A stretch of DNA of 64,000 nucleotides. It comes from Eremomyces bilateralis CBS 781.70. Taxonomy: Eukaryota. The first letter of the stretch is position 1. Each line of letters begins with the position of its first letter. The DNA lies in the NCBI GenBank assembly GCA_010015585.1, contig ML975149.1, one strand, 5' to 3'. Below are positions 25,578-37,903 of this stretch, piece by piece. Both the position numbers and the translations under genes were made by a program. Below the pieces are notes generated by a model. The model did not search any database. It was not told the DNA's origin and saw nothing but the letters and a program-made list of their open reading frames with translations.

Positions 25578-25615
25578 TGTGTAAGTTGTGTGTAAGTTGT
25601 GTGTAAGTTGTGTGT
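25578..25615 (+). repeat. Tandem 11-bp repeat (TGTGTAAGTTG) x3.5
   Basis: Read directly from the sequence just after the gap. Confidence 0.9.
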
Positions 25616-25756
25616 TCTAGCTGAATGCCTGGTCCCCCGGCCCTACAGATATACGAGAGTCACGGCAAGATTATTAATGCAGTTTGTAGCCTTGGACTCC
25701 TAGAGCTCATGCCTTGGCCTGCGACAACAAGCCATAGTCAAGGTAGAGCATTATAG

Positions 25757-26700
25757 AGACGGCTGGTGAGATTTGTCCCCCGCGCTAGTATTGGTGGAAA
25801 TTTATGGATTAATCAAGCCTAGCGTTCATTACTTATCTTCCCTAATTAGGACAACTTCAACGCTCAATTCATTCTTTCTCTCACAGATCCAAACATGGAG
25901 GATATTGCTCCCCCTCCAGATCGTCTTTACGCTTCCTACGATGAAGCCTACAATGCTCTTAGGATCCATGGTATACAGCATGGCTATAGATTCATACTCA
26001 GGCGGAGCAAACCTCACGATTATAATGTCAAGACACGATATTACTACCAATGCGATCAATTTAGAAAGTATCTGTCAAGAGCAAGGATTCTGAGCAGAAG
26101 CACGCGCAACAGGATGTCCCTTTAAGCTTGTTATCTTCAAGACCAAGCAATCGGAGGATTACGACCAGTAGAAGCTAGAGGTTCAACATAAGCATCATAA
26201 CCACTTTTGATCACTCGATCCTAGTGCGCATAATGTCTGTCGTAGACGTACACCGGCTCAGAAAGATACGGTCACATCAATGAGACATGCCGGGCCTGAC
26301 CGATGCAGATATTGGCCGCAATTCAAAAGGAGGATAAGGATGCACTAATCTCTGCCACTGATATTCGCGGCAAGAGAAAGGCAATCAAATAAAAGCATTT
26401 AAATGGGAGGAGTTCGATCGAGACATTGCTAGACGACCTTTCCTCGCTAGGAGGGGTTTTCGCTGTTAAGAAAGATGCGGACAATCGCGTATAAAGTCTC
26501 TTCTTTGCCCACCAGAAGCAGATCGAGCTACTGCTTGCGAATCCCGATGTCCTGTTGATGGACTGTACGTATAGATAACAGAACCAACAAGTATAAACTT
26601 CCACTGTTACACATGATCGGCTGTACCAATCTGCAAGCCTTCTTCTCTGCAGGCTTCTGCTTCCTCAGTAACGAGACACAAACAGACTATTATTGGGCGC
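25757..26700 (+). mobile_element. Mutator-like (MULE) transposon relic, copy A (5' end plus N-terminal half of the transposase)
   Basis: HGIQHGYRF..RRSK...YYQCDQ...TGCPF...HNH zinc-ribbon/FAR1-like region, then LFFAH...PDVLLMDCTY-RTNKYKLPL...AGFCFLSNETQTDYYWA (MULE domain); multiple stops and frameshifts. Confidence 0.88.
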
Positions 26701-27211
26701 AGAGGCTGAGAGAGTTAGAGGTAGTTACAGCAGTCGTAGCTGGTGCAGATGTAGGATCTGACATGGAAACAGAGGTGACTAGGTGTCGTAGGAGGTTAGC
26801 AAGTTATTGATCCCGAGGTGGAGGAGGAGGCTGGAATTGAGGGACAGAAGGCGGCACACGTTGTTCAAAAGCCGATGGGTCTCTACGAGTTGAAGCCTCG
26901 TTCCTCCTCGGCGCACCTCTTGTTTAAGCAGGAAGCGGCTCGAGGATAGACTAGTATGGCCTTAGAGATAGATGTATTGACTATCCTTGAGAGCATTGTA
27001 GGCTTCTTCATGGGAAGCGTAAAGACAATCTGGAAGGGAGCAATATCCTCCATGTTTGGATCTGTGGAAGAAAGAACGAATTGAGCGTTGAAGTTGTCCT
27101 CAGTTAGGGGAAGATTAGTGATGTATGCTAGGCTTGATTAATCCATTAATTTCCACCGATACTAGCGCGGGAGACAAATCTCAAAATCGGGGGGACAAAT
27201 CTCAGCAGTCT
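26701..27211 (-). mobile_element. Mutator-like relic, copy B (same 5' end, internally deleted, inverted)
   Basis: 26983-27211 is the reverse complement of about 25757-25965 (includes MEDIAP...). It is followed by RGAPRRNEASTRRDPSAFE, typical of fungal MULE transposase C-terminal regions. Confidence 0.8.
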
Positions 27212-27451
27212 TAATCAGAGGTTGAGCTAGCGAAACTAATGTCCGAGTGCATAACACCATCCGCCGCTGGTTGTGTCAACATATTTTGTCACCTTTGAAT
27301 ATAAATCGTGAGGCAATAACATCAGCGTTTATCTTCAAGATCTCTAAGCAGTGCATTCAGTATTACTAATTCAATAGTTGGCAGGGGTAATAAAGGTAGT
27401 GAAGAGTGAAGGAGATGGGTGGGGAGGTCGGGAGGAGGTCAAGAAAACGAA

Positions 27452-30430
27452 TCAAACGGCGAATTTCATTATCAATACTCGACCAGAAGAGTACCCAAAG
27501 CCGACCATGTTACCATGAACAGCAACTTTATCTGACCGGTACTCTGAGGGAAGCCATAGCACCCTCTCGCCATTGTAAAGGACCCATTGCTCCTCGACAT
27601 AGATGGACTGCGGAGAGCATGATCGGGTAGGAGCTAGGCCGCAAGAAGGACCTATACGGAACAATCCCCTATCAGCCTGGAGACATGAACCGTCGTCCGT
27701 AAACCAGAGACTGAAATGCATTGAGCTATTAGTCACTAGCGTCTGTAGTAGCTTCCCGGAGCCGACGTCCCACAGCTTGACCGTTGCGTCGTCAGGATCC
27801 GACGTCAGCATCTTGCCGTCCGGAAAGAAGGTCACGGCCTTTGCGTCGTCAGATACCGACGCCAGCGTCTTGCCGTCCGGAGAGAAGGCCATGGCCCTGA
27901 CCGAGCCCGAATGGCCTTTGAGCGTCTGCAGCGGCTTCCCGGAGCCGGCATCCCACAACTTGACCCTTGCGTCGTGAGATGCCGACGCCAGCGTCTTGCC
28001 GTCCGGAGAGAAGGACACGGCCGAGACAGGGCTAGAATGGCCTTTGAGTGTCTGCAGCGGCTTCCCGGAGCCGGGGTCCCACAGCTTGACCCTTGCGTCG
28101 TAAGATGCCGACGCCAGCGTCTTGCCATCCGGAGAGAAGGCCACGGCCGAGACCCGGCCCGAATGGCCTTTGAGCGTCTGCAGCGGCTTCCCGGAGCCGG
28201 CCTCCCACAGCTTGACCGTTTCATCGTAAGATGCCGACGCTAGTGTCTTGCCGTCCGGAGAGAAGGACACGGCCGAGACCGGGCCCGAATGGCCTTTGAG
28301 CGTCTGCAAGTGTGAACTCCAGTTTTCTGACACCTCGGACACACACGAGATAGAAGTTGGAACTTTATCCGAAAAATTCCTTCTAATAATACTCGTATTC
28401 GGACTAAATATTAGACCAGCGGAATATATTTGTAGCGGTGCTATTTCTAGAACCGGTCGGAAATTGAGAACAAAGCGTGTCGCATCATGTATTAACGCTT
28501 GCAAACTTGACTCAGCTGCCATCTTGTGTTCTTCCGAACTTCTTTCAATCTTAGGCGTAACGCTAGATTGAAAGGTCGATTTGAGCTTGTCATAAAGACT
28601 TTTTAGCTGCTGAACATCTCCTTTTTGCTCATCCTTAGAGGTTAGCTAGTGGTATAGCTAACACGCATTCAAAGCTGCTCACCAAAAATCCCGAATCTAG
28701 CATGTGGACCATAACAACTGCATCTGAAACACGGCCTAACAGTGCAAGTGCTTCAAGCCAATGAAGAAAGTGTTTTCGAAGGAAATTTTCAACGTTGTGG
28801 TAGTCATCAGTGTCTGCATCGCTTCGTTTGTAATGATGAACCCAGAACCTGCATGCGTACTGAACGTGACGTTGAATATGTCCGTCCACTTCGGTTCTCT
28901 CAGCTCGGACATGTCGGCTCCTGGAAGTCAAAGATTGCAAATATCGCGCCGTAAGTGCTGCGACATTACTCGAAGACAGTTCATGTACATCTCACGATGG
29001 ACCAATTTGTCATCGATGTAAAATTGAAAATTCGAGCATCTCTTTCGGTTAAGGAGGAAGTCACGGAACGATGGATGGAGCAAACGGACAGTACTTGACT
29101 CAGCCTCTGGCACATCAAGAACAGAATGCAAATTGGATAAGGTCCGATTCAAAGTCTTGACATCTTTTCCAAGTAGCCTGACAAGGTTTAACACGGATAG
29201 AGGCTCTGGAGAAATGATGATCGGTCCAACAACCTGTCGGAATAGCTCGCGCAACCGTAGAGTTTCTTCTTTGTCGTATTCTCCTCGGATAGAGTTGGTG
29301 AGAACGGTGGTGTATATCTCGTCAAGCTTGTGTGCTGGTTCAATCGTACGGCTGGCTTCATGTAAGAGAAGAGATAATCGGCCCTGCGCAAGCTGGCCGC
29401 CTTGTTCGATGAATCGACAGGCTGTTGCAGCCCAGATGAATAGCCCATCGGAGCTCCGGACTAGAAAAGTGATTGCACTCTCCTCCGACCAGTCAGCCTG
29501 AAGCTGATATTTCCGTCTGATAAGTCCGAGCTTGTTCCTCAAGAAAATAGAAATGTCGCGATCCACAATAGAAGGCTCAATACCATGAAGCACAAAGTCT
29601 TGGTGTTCGTCTTTATGTATTTGATTAAAGCCGTACCGGATCGGAACCTCAGGTCTGCTCGTCAGAAGCACCCGTAGCTGGACAACCTTTAGCGACCGCA
29701 CTTCGGCCAGAAGTTGCAGAATGATCTGAATATCATTCTGATCTTCACACTCATCGAGAGCGTCAATGACAAGGGCATATCTCGACCGACAATCCCTGTC
29801 GTCGAGGTTCGACAAGGGAACAAGAACGAGGTCCTGCCACTGATCGCGGAGAGACTGAGTTGCGATATCGCTGCGCTCCGATATGGCATCGCAAATTTTG
29901 CGCTTTAGACCCGGTATGATATTCGCAAGCTGGAATGCAACGGTTGTAACAAATTTTTCAGCATGTCTAACATCTCCGCCGCCCCGCGAGAAGAAGAAGC
30001 TGGCTCCTAGGGCTTTCTTTGCGGAGTAAGTGGCGGCCACTGTTTGGGCTATTGTAGACTTCCCAGTGCCGGCCAAACCACTCAGCCAAAAGATGCTTTG
30101 TGAGGTTTCGCCATCGACCCAATTGTATATGGCGTGGAGGAGATCGGTACGGGTTCCTGCGAGACAGGTTGGTTCGTGCTCCCGCTTGCGTGTGCTGAAC
30201 GGTGCGTCCACGGAAATGGGTAGGGTCTTCTGAAGTAAATCGTTGAGGTCTATGCTTTCAGTTAATCTGTCATCATCGCAAGTTCTAATGCCGAATTACT
30301 CACTTGAAGTAGACTCGCTGGGGGCAAAATTTAAAGTTCCACCAAGGTTGATACCAGCAAAGCTCTGGCCTCCATCGGTTGCGGACGTATTGTTGATGGC
30401 AAGATGGTGGGGTAAAGGGCCACTAGCCAT
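27452..30430 (-). pseudogene. NLR: N-terminal amyloid-like motif + NACHT + WD40 repeats (NWD/HET-E-like); premature stop and frameshift
   Basis: Exon 30430-30304; intron 30303-30250; CLAGTR, WLSGLAGTGKST (P-loop), LVIDALDEC (Walker B), TSRPE, LLHPSFRDFL; TGA at 28930-28928 plus a frameshift near 28900; intron 28682-28634; WD repeats GHS..V.AV.FSPDGKTLASAS.D..VKLW. Confidence 0.9.
27740..28310 (-). repeat. Near-identical 126-bp (42-aa) WD40 repeat array
   Basis: Three complete units LQTLKGHS..V.AV.FSPDGKTLASAS.D..VKLW..GSGKP plus one truncated/fused pair. Confidence 0.95.
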
Positions 30431-30736
30431 GAGGGGCTATCACCGCTGTTGTTCTGTGACTTTGAAGTTATTCGGCGATGACCTGTTATTCTCTCTTCCG
30501 TTGATATTGGTGTCATGTTCGTTGAGCAAAGTCGTGGTCAAGCTGGCTGGACTAGTGGCGTCAAGATGCTCGGGATTGTTTGCCGCAACCACTCTGTATC
30601 GCCTTATGGATAGCTGAAGTGCAGCCATTCGACCCCCAAATAAATAGAGATCTCTTGCCTCACCCATTGGCCATTCTCTCCTCCTGGTTTCAAATAATCA
30701 ATTCACACTTCTTTTTGACTTTTTCGTTTGAATGTA

Positions 30737-30790
30737 ATGGACCCTCCCAGCATCACCGCCTCAGTAGTGGGAATTGTCGCAAGGTGCCCC
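30737..30790 (+). pseudogene. Stub of a HeLo-like (HELL) effector gene, divergent from the NLR
   Basis: ATGGACCCTCCCAGCATCACCGCCTCAGTAGTGGGAATTGTC = MDPPSITASVVGIV, matching the MDPLSITASVVGI N-terminal helix of HeLo-like domains. Similarity is lost after about 15 codons and the frame stops at 30893-30895. Confidence 0.55.
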
Positions 30791-31525
30791 TTTTCATGTT
30801 TCCAGATCCTGCTTAGTCATCACCATCTCACAAGAATCATCATAGATTGCGTGGGTGATGGGCTGATTGAGCTATCCATCTATCTATCACAATGAAAAGA
30901 GCAAGTGTCACATCAAAGGCTATGACCGGGATGAATTCCCTTGCTGGAGTCAACGGGTTATGACTCTGGGGAGGCAAACTCAAACCTTTAGTCAGTGATG
31001 AGAGGTAGCGTCCCGGGAATGGACCCTAGACATCCATGAGGGCAGCAGCTCCAGCGTTATATAGTTACAAAGAGAATTACTGGTGGCGGTTGATATTCTA
31101 CTTCTCGGTGGAAAGCCCCAACTTGATCTGCAAGCACACGGTGCCCAGACGCCATGCCTCCATATTTGAAGTAGAGACGATGAACAAGGCGAAGGCAACA
31201 TGGATAGAGATAGTCGAATTCAGTTTCTATTTATACAGAGAGTGCAATGAAACAAAAACATATAATGCCGTATCCTCTAGGTTCACTCCCTGCTACAGCC
31301 TCTTCGACTGTGGATAATTGGGCGCCTATGGACACCGAGTCCTCCTCTCCTGCACAGTGGTTTCCCACGTCACTGCAGGAGTCTCTCGGGTCTCTTCTCC
31401 ACCTCAATCACAATGAAGAACTCCAAAGAAAAAAACAATAACGCCGATATATTCGTACAAGCGCGTTATGAATGCAAGAAGAGATCAACTCCGGCCAAAC
31501 GGATCATGCTGCATGGTGGAGCATG

Positions 31526-33005
31526 CTACTGATCGTCATCGTTGTGCGGCGGGTAAGGAGAGTTGCTGGCGTACCCTCCCGGATATTGGTACTGGGACTG
31601 AGCCCGACCAGCGCCGCCATTCCCGTTGCCGTACATCGGCTGCGACCCTTGTTGGCTGGCTCTGGTGAAACTGTCGAAGCCTTGCTGAGCCGCAGTGGTG
31701 TTCGAATGTCCTTGAGGTGGCAGGGGTGGGAGGCCCCAGGAGTAGGCGGAGAATTGCGGAGCCGCGTTACTATCGCTCGCTGTATGGAGCCTTTGGTACG
31801 CTGGTGGCAGGGACTGGAAGCCGGGCTGATAGCTAGACAGCGGGTCATTCCTCGGGCGCGGCACATGTCGACCAACTGGCTCCTCATCAACGGATGTCGA
31901 CCGATTCCGTTTCAGAGTGTTGGGGTAGCTGGTGGAGTCAGCAGGGCCGCCGTTGGTGAAGGGAGATGCAGTCTGCGGAGAACAGCCCGCCAGCGCTGGT
32001 TGGGAGGGAGCAGGGCTGTTGCTTGAAGTGGCCCTCTGAGAGCCGCCCCTCTTCCTCCCATTCGTAACGCCGGCGACAGCAGTCCCGGCTTGTAGGATCC
32101 ACGCTTTCTTCTTGTTTCCTTGCGCGTTCTGCAACTTGGCCTGTTTCCATAATCAGATACTAGTTGCCAATAATAAAGCGCAGAAGCTTACCTTTAGATA
32201 TCCAATCGGGCCTTGGACAATCAGTGGGATCTTGTACCCGTCCATGATATCCTTGCACGTCGCCTTCATTTCCTAGACATGTGTTAGTGAAGGACAAGAA
32301 AACAATCATAATGGCTTACCACCATGGCATTCACGATTTCCTCGAGACGACGGGAACACATAAGGTCTGTGTCCTCCTTGCTCGCCTTGACCAAGTCGTC
32401 GGGGATGATGATGCCGTTGCCATTTCCACCACGATGGTACTTAATGACCTCGTCCTAGGACCAGTTAGACTCTCAATCACGCTCCGCAAGATCGTACCCC
32501 TCGAAAGGCTGATGGGCATGAAGGAAGTCAAGTATTCATAGTCACTTACGAACAGCTGGAAACAGCGAGCGTGAACATCCTCCACTCGGTATCCAGTCTC
32601 GGCAACTTTCTTGTACGTGTGCGAGGATTTCCCATCCTTCGCGTCATCCAAATTGTAGTAAGCCTCGATCAGACTCCGAACATGCTGCAGCATCTGCAGC
32701 TCCACGCCGACGCGGTCGTCGGCGTCTGCCTGGACAGACGTGGTCCGCGCCATTGTGTTGTTGAGATGGGCCAGCGCATCTGCCACGGTGGTGTATCTTA
32801 GTGGAATTTGTCCGGCTAGGTTCACCGGGCCTGGTGCAGCATTGTTGGGAGGCAACGCGGATGCGGGCCCGCGATTGGGAAGGCCGGTAAGCGAGCTTGC
32901 GCTCGCGTTCCCGTTCATGATTTGCATTGGAGGGAAGGGAGGCAGGTGAGAGTTCTGAGAGACCTGGTTGTTGGCGAATGGATTCTGAGGATGGTTTCCT
33001 GACAT
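31526..33005 (-). CDS. Hypothetical protein, 4 exons (about 33005-32550, 32454-32320, 32272-32192, 32140-31526)
   Basis: Three GTAAG-type donors with branch sites and YAG acceptors give a continuous frame (...CFQLF|DEVIKYH...NAMV|EMKATCKDI...GYLK|AKLQNAQGNKKK...); low-complexity ends. Confidence 0.7.
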
Positions 33006-34716
33006 GGCTGTGGGAATATCCGTAGGTCGCAGCGTGTTTTCGTTACTGGTAGGAATAAGAAGTCAGACTGGCTATAACAAGAGTCAGGGGATTGGACAGT
33101 ATTTGGATAGAGATTATCAGTTAATCAAAGAAGATGTAGAATATTGTAATGGTCGAGATCAAGTCCAATGAAAGATGGGTGCGAAGCGAACGCTGTTGGT
33201 ATAGAGGAGAAGAAGTCCGTGAAAGTGGAGGAGAGGAGTGAGTTTATATGTGGGGGTAACGGACCTCGACGACACATGCGGGTCCAAGCATGGCTCACCC
33301 GATTAACCCCCCATGGATTCACAATGTCAGTATTCCACGCAGCCACCCCTTTTACGGAACAGGACGCCCGTGACGAGCCATCACGTTGTCACTGGTTGAC
33401 TCCTCCTTATCACGAAGGCGATCAAGCATCCCTGGAGCCGGCCTGCAACGGCCCTATGCATCTCGGGAGATCGTCCGCCGATCCCGCAGAGCCGCGCTTG
33501 GCAGGGCTCAAACAAGATCTCTCGTGATAGCAGCAGCAAGGCTTCGACGGCTCACGCCTCACAGCAATCCTTCTCTTGGATATTCCATGCGAACGAAACA
33601 GAGCTTGCGGTGAATGGCCTCGGCGACGACCACCCAATGGCGACAGCAGGGGTCACCGTTTGCTGCGCAGCACATGATTTCTGGTTCTATCCTCCGAGCA
33701 CGGTTCCGATTCTGGTCACTCGAACCGATGAACACGATCGCGCGTCTGCTCCACAACAATGCGGTCGACAAGGCACAACATGGATGCGATGATAGATTCA
33801 CCAAGCCCGTGGTACCATTAACTCGCCCAGGAGGTTCCTCTTCCTGTTTGGAATACACGGCAGGTGATCGTTGTGGCCCCCAACACGAACCGGTCGACTC
33901 TGGGAACTTCCGAATTCGGTCGGGTATATCCGGCAACAACACGATAAGTACATGATATGACTCAAAGGGACAAACAACAAGGAGAGAAACAACCAGGATC
34001 GGAATGCAGAAAGCAGAACATGACGTTATACGGTCTTCAACTTCTTCAACTGCCCCCGCACCAAACTGTCCGCCGAGGACGCTCAGACATCGCGGCTGTC
34101 ATAAGACGATATACGGCTCTCGAGAAATGATTATACGACGACAACTGATCAACTATACCGTTTTACTCAGTGTTCAAAGAACGATTCTCGCGTAACCCTT
34201 TAGGGCTATCGCACCGAGGGGTTCCGCAAGCACCAGCACAGCCGCGGCTTCTTCAAAAACATATGAGGACTCAAAAGGGGAAACAAAATCCCACCGACGG
34301 CGACAGGTCACGGCCATTATGAAAGGGGTAGCAGCGACACGTTGCCCGAAGACACTTACCACGTTCCGAGCAAGCGGGAGGAGACGCCGAGGCTCTATTC
34401 AGTGCCATAGCCGCACCTCTGGACGGGATCGCAATTAATTGACCGACAAGGTCTGCCATTAACATGGTACGCTTGGATGGCAAGAGCCCGCCAGGGGGAG
34501 GAGGGACACCATATCCATTGGAAGGGACATCCTTTGCTGAGACAACCCGACCAACTTCTCGAACGCGGTGGACCAGACGGGACTGATCGAGAATTCGGAG
34601 GCATGCAAGTTCCGGGAAGGCTCGACCGAAGGTCCAGAAAAATGATAGGTAACATAACCAAACACGGCATCGTCTCGTCTATCAAGAATCACGGCAAACA
34701 ACAAAGACAATAGCAT

Positions 34717-35720
34717 CTAGCTGGACGGGTCCGGGACGAGACTCATAACGAACTCCCACTGGTCCGCGGACACCTTGCTCACGCTCGGAGCCCTCCTGAG
34801 GACTGCGGCTTCCATCTTGGCCAGCGGACCTCCATCCTTCGCGTGGCTTTGCAGTACAGAGAGCGGGACTAGCGCCGGGAATTTTCTAATGAATGAGACT
34901 TTGACGCAGAACCATCGGGGTTTCTCCGGATTGGACTTGGGGTCGAAGTAGGGGTCCTCGGGGTCGAATGCGGAGTCTGGAAGAGCGTTAGGTGAGTCGT
35001 CGTAGGATTGATTTTGTAGAACAATAGTAAAACTTACCATCGACAGTTGCTTCCTCGACAATCTTGCATATTCCGGCGATGCCAGGGACCTTGATATTCG
35101 AGTGGTAGAAAAAGGCAAGTTCCCCTTTCTTCATGCTTTGCATATTGTTGCGGGCTACGAAAGGATTAGCTGACGTCGCAAGATTCACGAATGGCCTACA
35201 TACCGACATAGTTCCTAACGCCAGTCCATGGCTCCGGTTCGATGCAGTCTTTCAAGTCGTCGATAGAAAATTTAACGTCCTTCCCTTTTTCGATCCGGGT
35301 TTCAGGTTCGGCCTTCATCAGCCAATATTTGGGTCGCTCGTCCAGGGCATCGGTGGGCTCTCCGCTCGCCAGATTCGTCTTGCCGGTTACGTTTTTTTCC
35401 TGCTCGGTTACTACATCGTCCTTGGTTTTTGCAGATTCGCGCACTCGTTTCTTCGCAAGTTGTTCTTCACTCCCTAGTTGGGTGGTCGCCTCCTTGTCAT
35501 GGCTCGCTGCTCCGTGCGGCTCTCCTTTTTCGCGGTTGGATCCACGGTTCGTCGTCTTCTTGGGTTTTGCTTTTGCCTTCTGCGCGGATAGAACATCATT
35601 CCGTGCTCTTGATGCTGCTCCTTTGGCAACGGGCTGGCCCTCTGCAGCCGTTCCGATTGTCATCTTCCCGATAACCCTCTCGGCGTCTGTAGGAGATGAT
35701 TTCAGTCGCTCGGAGCGTCG
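34717..35720 (-). CDS. EVE-domain (THYN1-like) protein; 5' end uncertain
   Basis: YWLMKAEPE...KFSIDDL...[29 protein letters not shown]...GIAGI...|[15 protein letters not shown]...PRWFCV; two introns. Confidence 0.85.
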
Positions 35721-37903
35721 TCGAACTTCACATAGGTCAGTGCTGACTTATCGAGATGTTCAACTCGGTACGAAATGGTAAGACGACTGGAAAAGACTGA
35801 TCGAAGAATACACAACTTGAAATGAATGAAATATTTCAAGAGAAGGTCCTTAACTGAAGCCAAGGAGAGCAGGGTCAATCGCCCAGCAACGACGAAAAGC
35901 ATAAGAATCACGGGCCACAATAACCTGACTGAAGTCCGATCAGGCAAGCTTATGACGACGAGCTATATCGACTTGCAGCTGCAAATATCGACAAGCCCGA
36001 CCACCACAAGGTAAATATAAGTATAGAATGCTGTACAATATATGATCTCTGCTCAAAAGTTTCAAATAGTTCAAAAAAGCCATAGATGAAAATGAGAACC
36101 CATAAGGCAAATGATGTATAACCATGTCTCACCTACTGGGCTTGTAAGGAATAACTGGACTTAGATACACTTCTCTCCATGCACATTGAAGAAGGAAAAA
36201 CTTGTCGGGACTCGATTGTTCTTAGGTCATTATCACCCAAGCCCAACACTCTGGGATCACCGGATTCATTAATGGGAACATGTGAACCTCCTCCTACTCA
36301 CCTGGTTGGACCTCATTATCACCATCCTGCTTCCTCTTCCGCGATGTCTCTGTCCCAAGCGCCTGGCCATCCTTCGCCGCTCCATGAGGACGGGGCATTG
36401 TTGGTCAATGGCTTTCGGATATTATCGAAGGGCGGGAATGTCGAGGAGGTCAAGCGATCGAAAAGGTTCGGTGGCCCAGTCTGGTTCGGAGGTAATTCCG
36501 TTGCCAGTCACCAATTCTTGGCTTGTGGGTTTCGGAGATGGGGCTCACGTGGTCCCGTATCGACTTCGAGATTAGGTATCTTGATCCGGATGCGTCGATG
36601 ATATCGAAGGGTCGTAGTGCTCAAATGCGGCTGATTCGAACAATTGTCAGGATAGGCGGGCCCTCTCGAGTGGAGAGCGCATCTGAAAGTGGTCGGAGGA
36701 TCAGTCTCGCGGGGAAAAGGTCGTAGAGTGCCCGGCCGTCAAGGAATCGAACATCGATATGAACCCGTGAATGGGATGATGTTCACAATTCACTCCTCGG
36801 ATTGGTCGACTAGCCAGATCTGTACCGATTTTAGATCTGTTGTGCGCAAGGATCAAGGATTGCACATGGTGCAGGTAACCAAGGAACGGTTGCACGACGC
36901 TATGACTGAACAGGAAGCGTATCCGAATATCTCCCGCTGGGATATCAGACTTCAAATATTCGATGAGGAATTGGATGATAATGTGGGCGAGGGGAGAGTA
37001 ACAGATAGTGGGGATTGGGGGGAAGATGGCCGAAAGAGGTGGAGGTAGAAGTGAGAATCCACAGCCACGGATATTATTAACAACGGGGAGTTGCAACGAC
37101 ATAGATGCATGACTGACATGTCTACCTAGTTGGATCAAGACAAAGGCTCTCTAACTTCTGGAATAGTCCTACACAACGGGCTTTCAGACCGATGCTGGAC
37201 CCCTATTAGAGCTTACCGCGGTCACATGATGGTTCATACGATCGATCACCATTCCCAAGGACGACGAAGACCCATCACAACTACATATCTAGGGGAAGCT
37301 TGGAGTTGCATTGAGCCAGTCTATGGGAGACAACCGTATGGTTTCTTAACAGTTTACCTGTGAAAAGGCACGGTAATGGATATCATGCTGTTCCAACCCA
37401 TTTGATAGAGCAGAATCCTAGTTGGTCTTCACCATTCAACATGGCAGGATGGGGCCGATCTGGGATGGTGACTGATGTCCACCTTGGTAAGCGGATGAAT
37501 TGCGGTGACGGTGTCTTTTTCATACGATGGTAAGGAGCTATGGATATGAGCACTCGTCATGAGAACTGCTTGAACTTCGGCTCTTTTTGGATAGTGTGAA
37601 AGAATACGAACCTTTCATGGCATGGGAACGGAATCATGGGTTTCTCCTCTGATGTTCAGCTCTCACTGCAGAAACCCATGTGAATTGTCCACAAGCATTG
37701 AATCAGCCGGGGGGAGCAAAATTCACATATCCGTGTGATCAGGCGTTAGTCAATGCCAAACCACCACAGCAAACAGGTTGAATACACGCTTGTATTGAAC
37801 TATTCCGCACGAGACCGTGCTCCTATCATATGCACCTTAAACCCACATTGCCATTCCACTTTTCCATCAAAGGCTTCTATCCACCAACATGCGATACCCG
37901 AAT

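Noticed and set aside
27740..28310. Regularly spaced repeats superficially like a CRISPR array
   Set aside because: They are contiguous 126-bp coding WD40 units without unique spacers, in a eukaryotic genome.
36270..37048. Chain of plus-strand ORFs in different frames
   Set aside because: No consistent splice model or domain; at best a degenerate gene.
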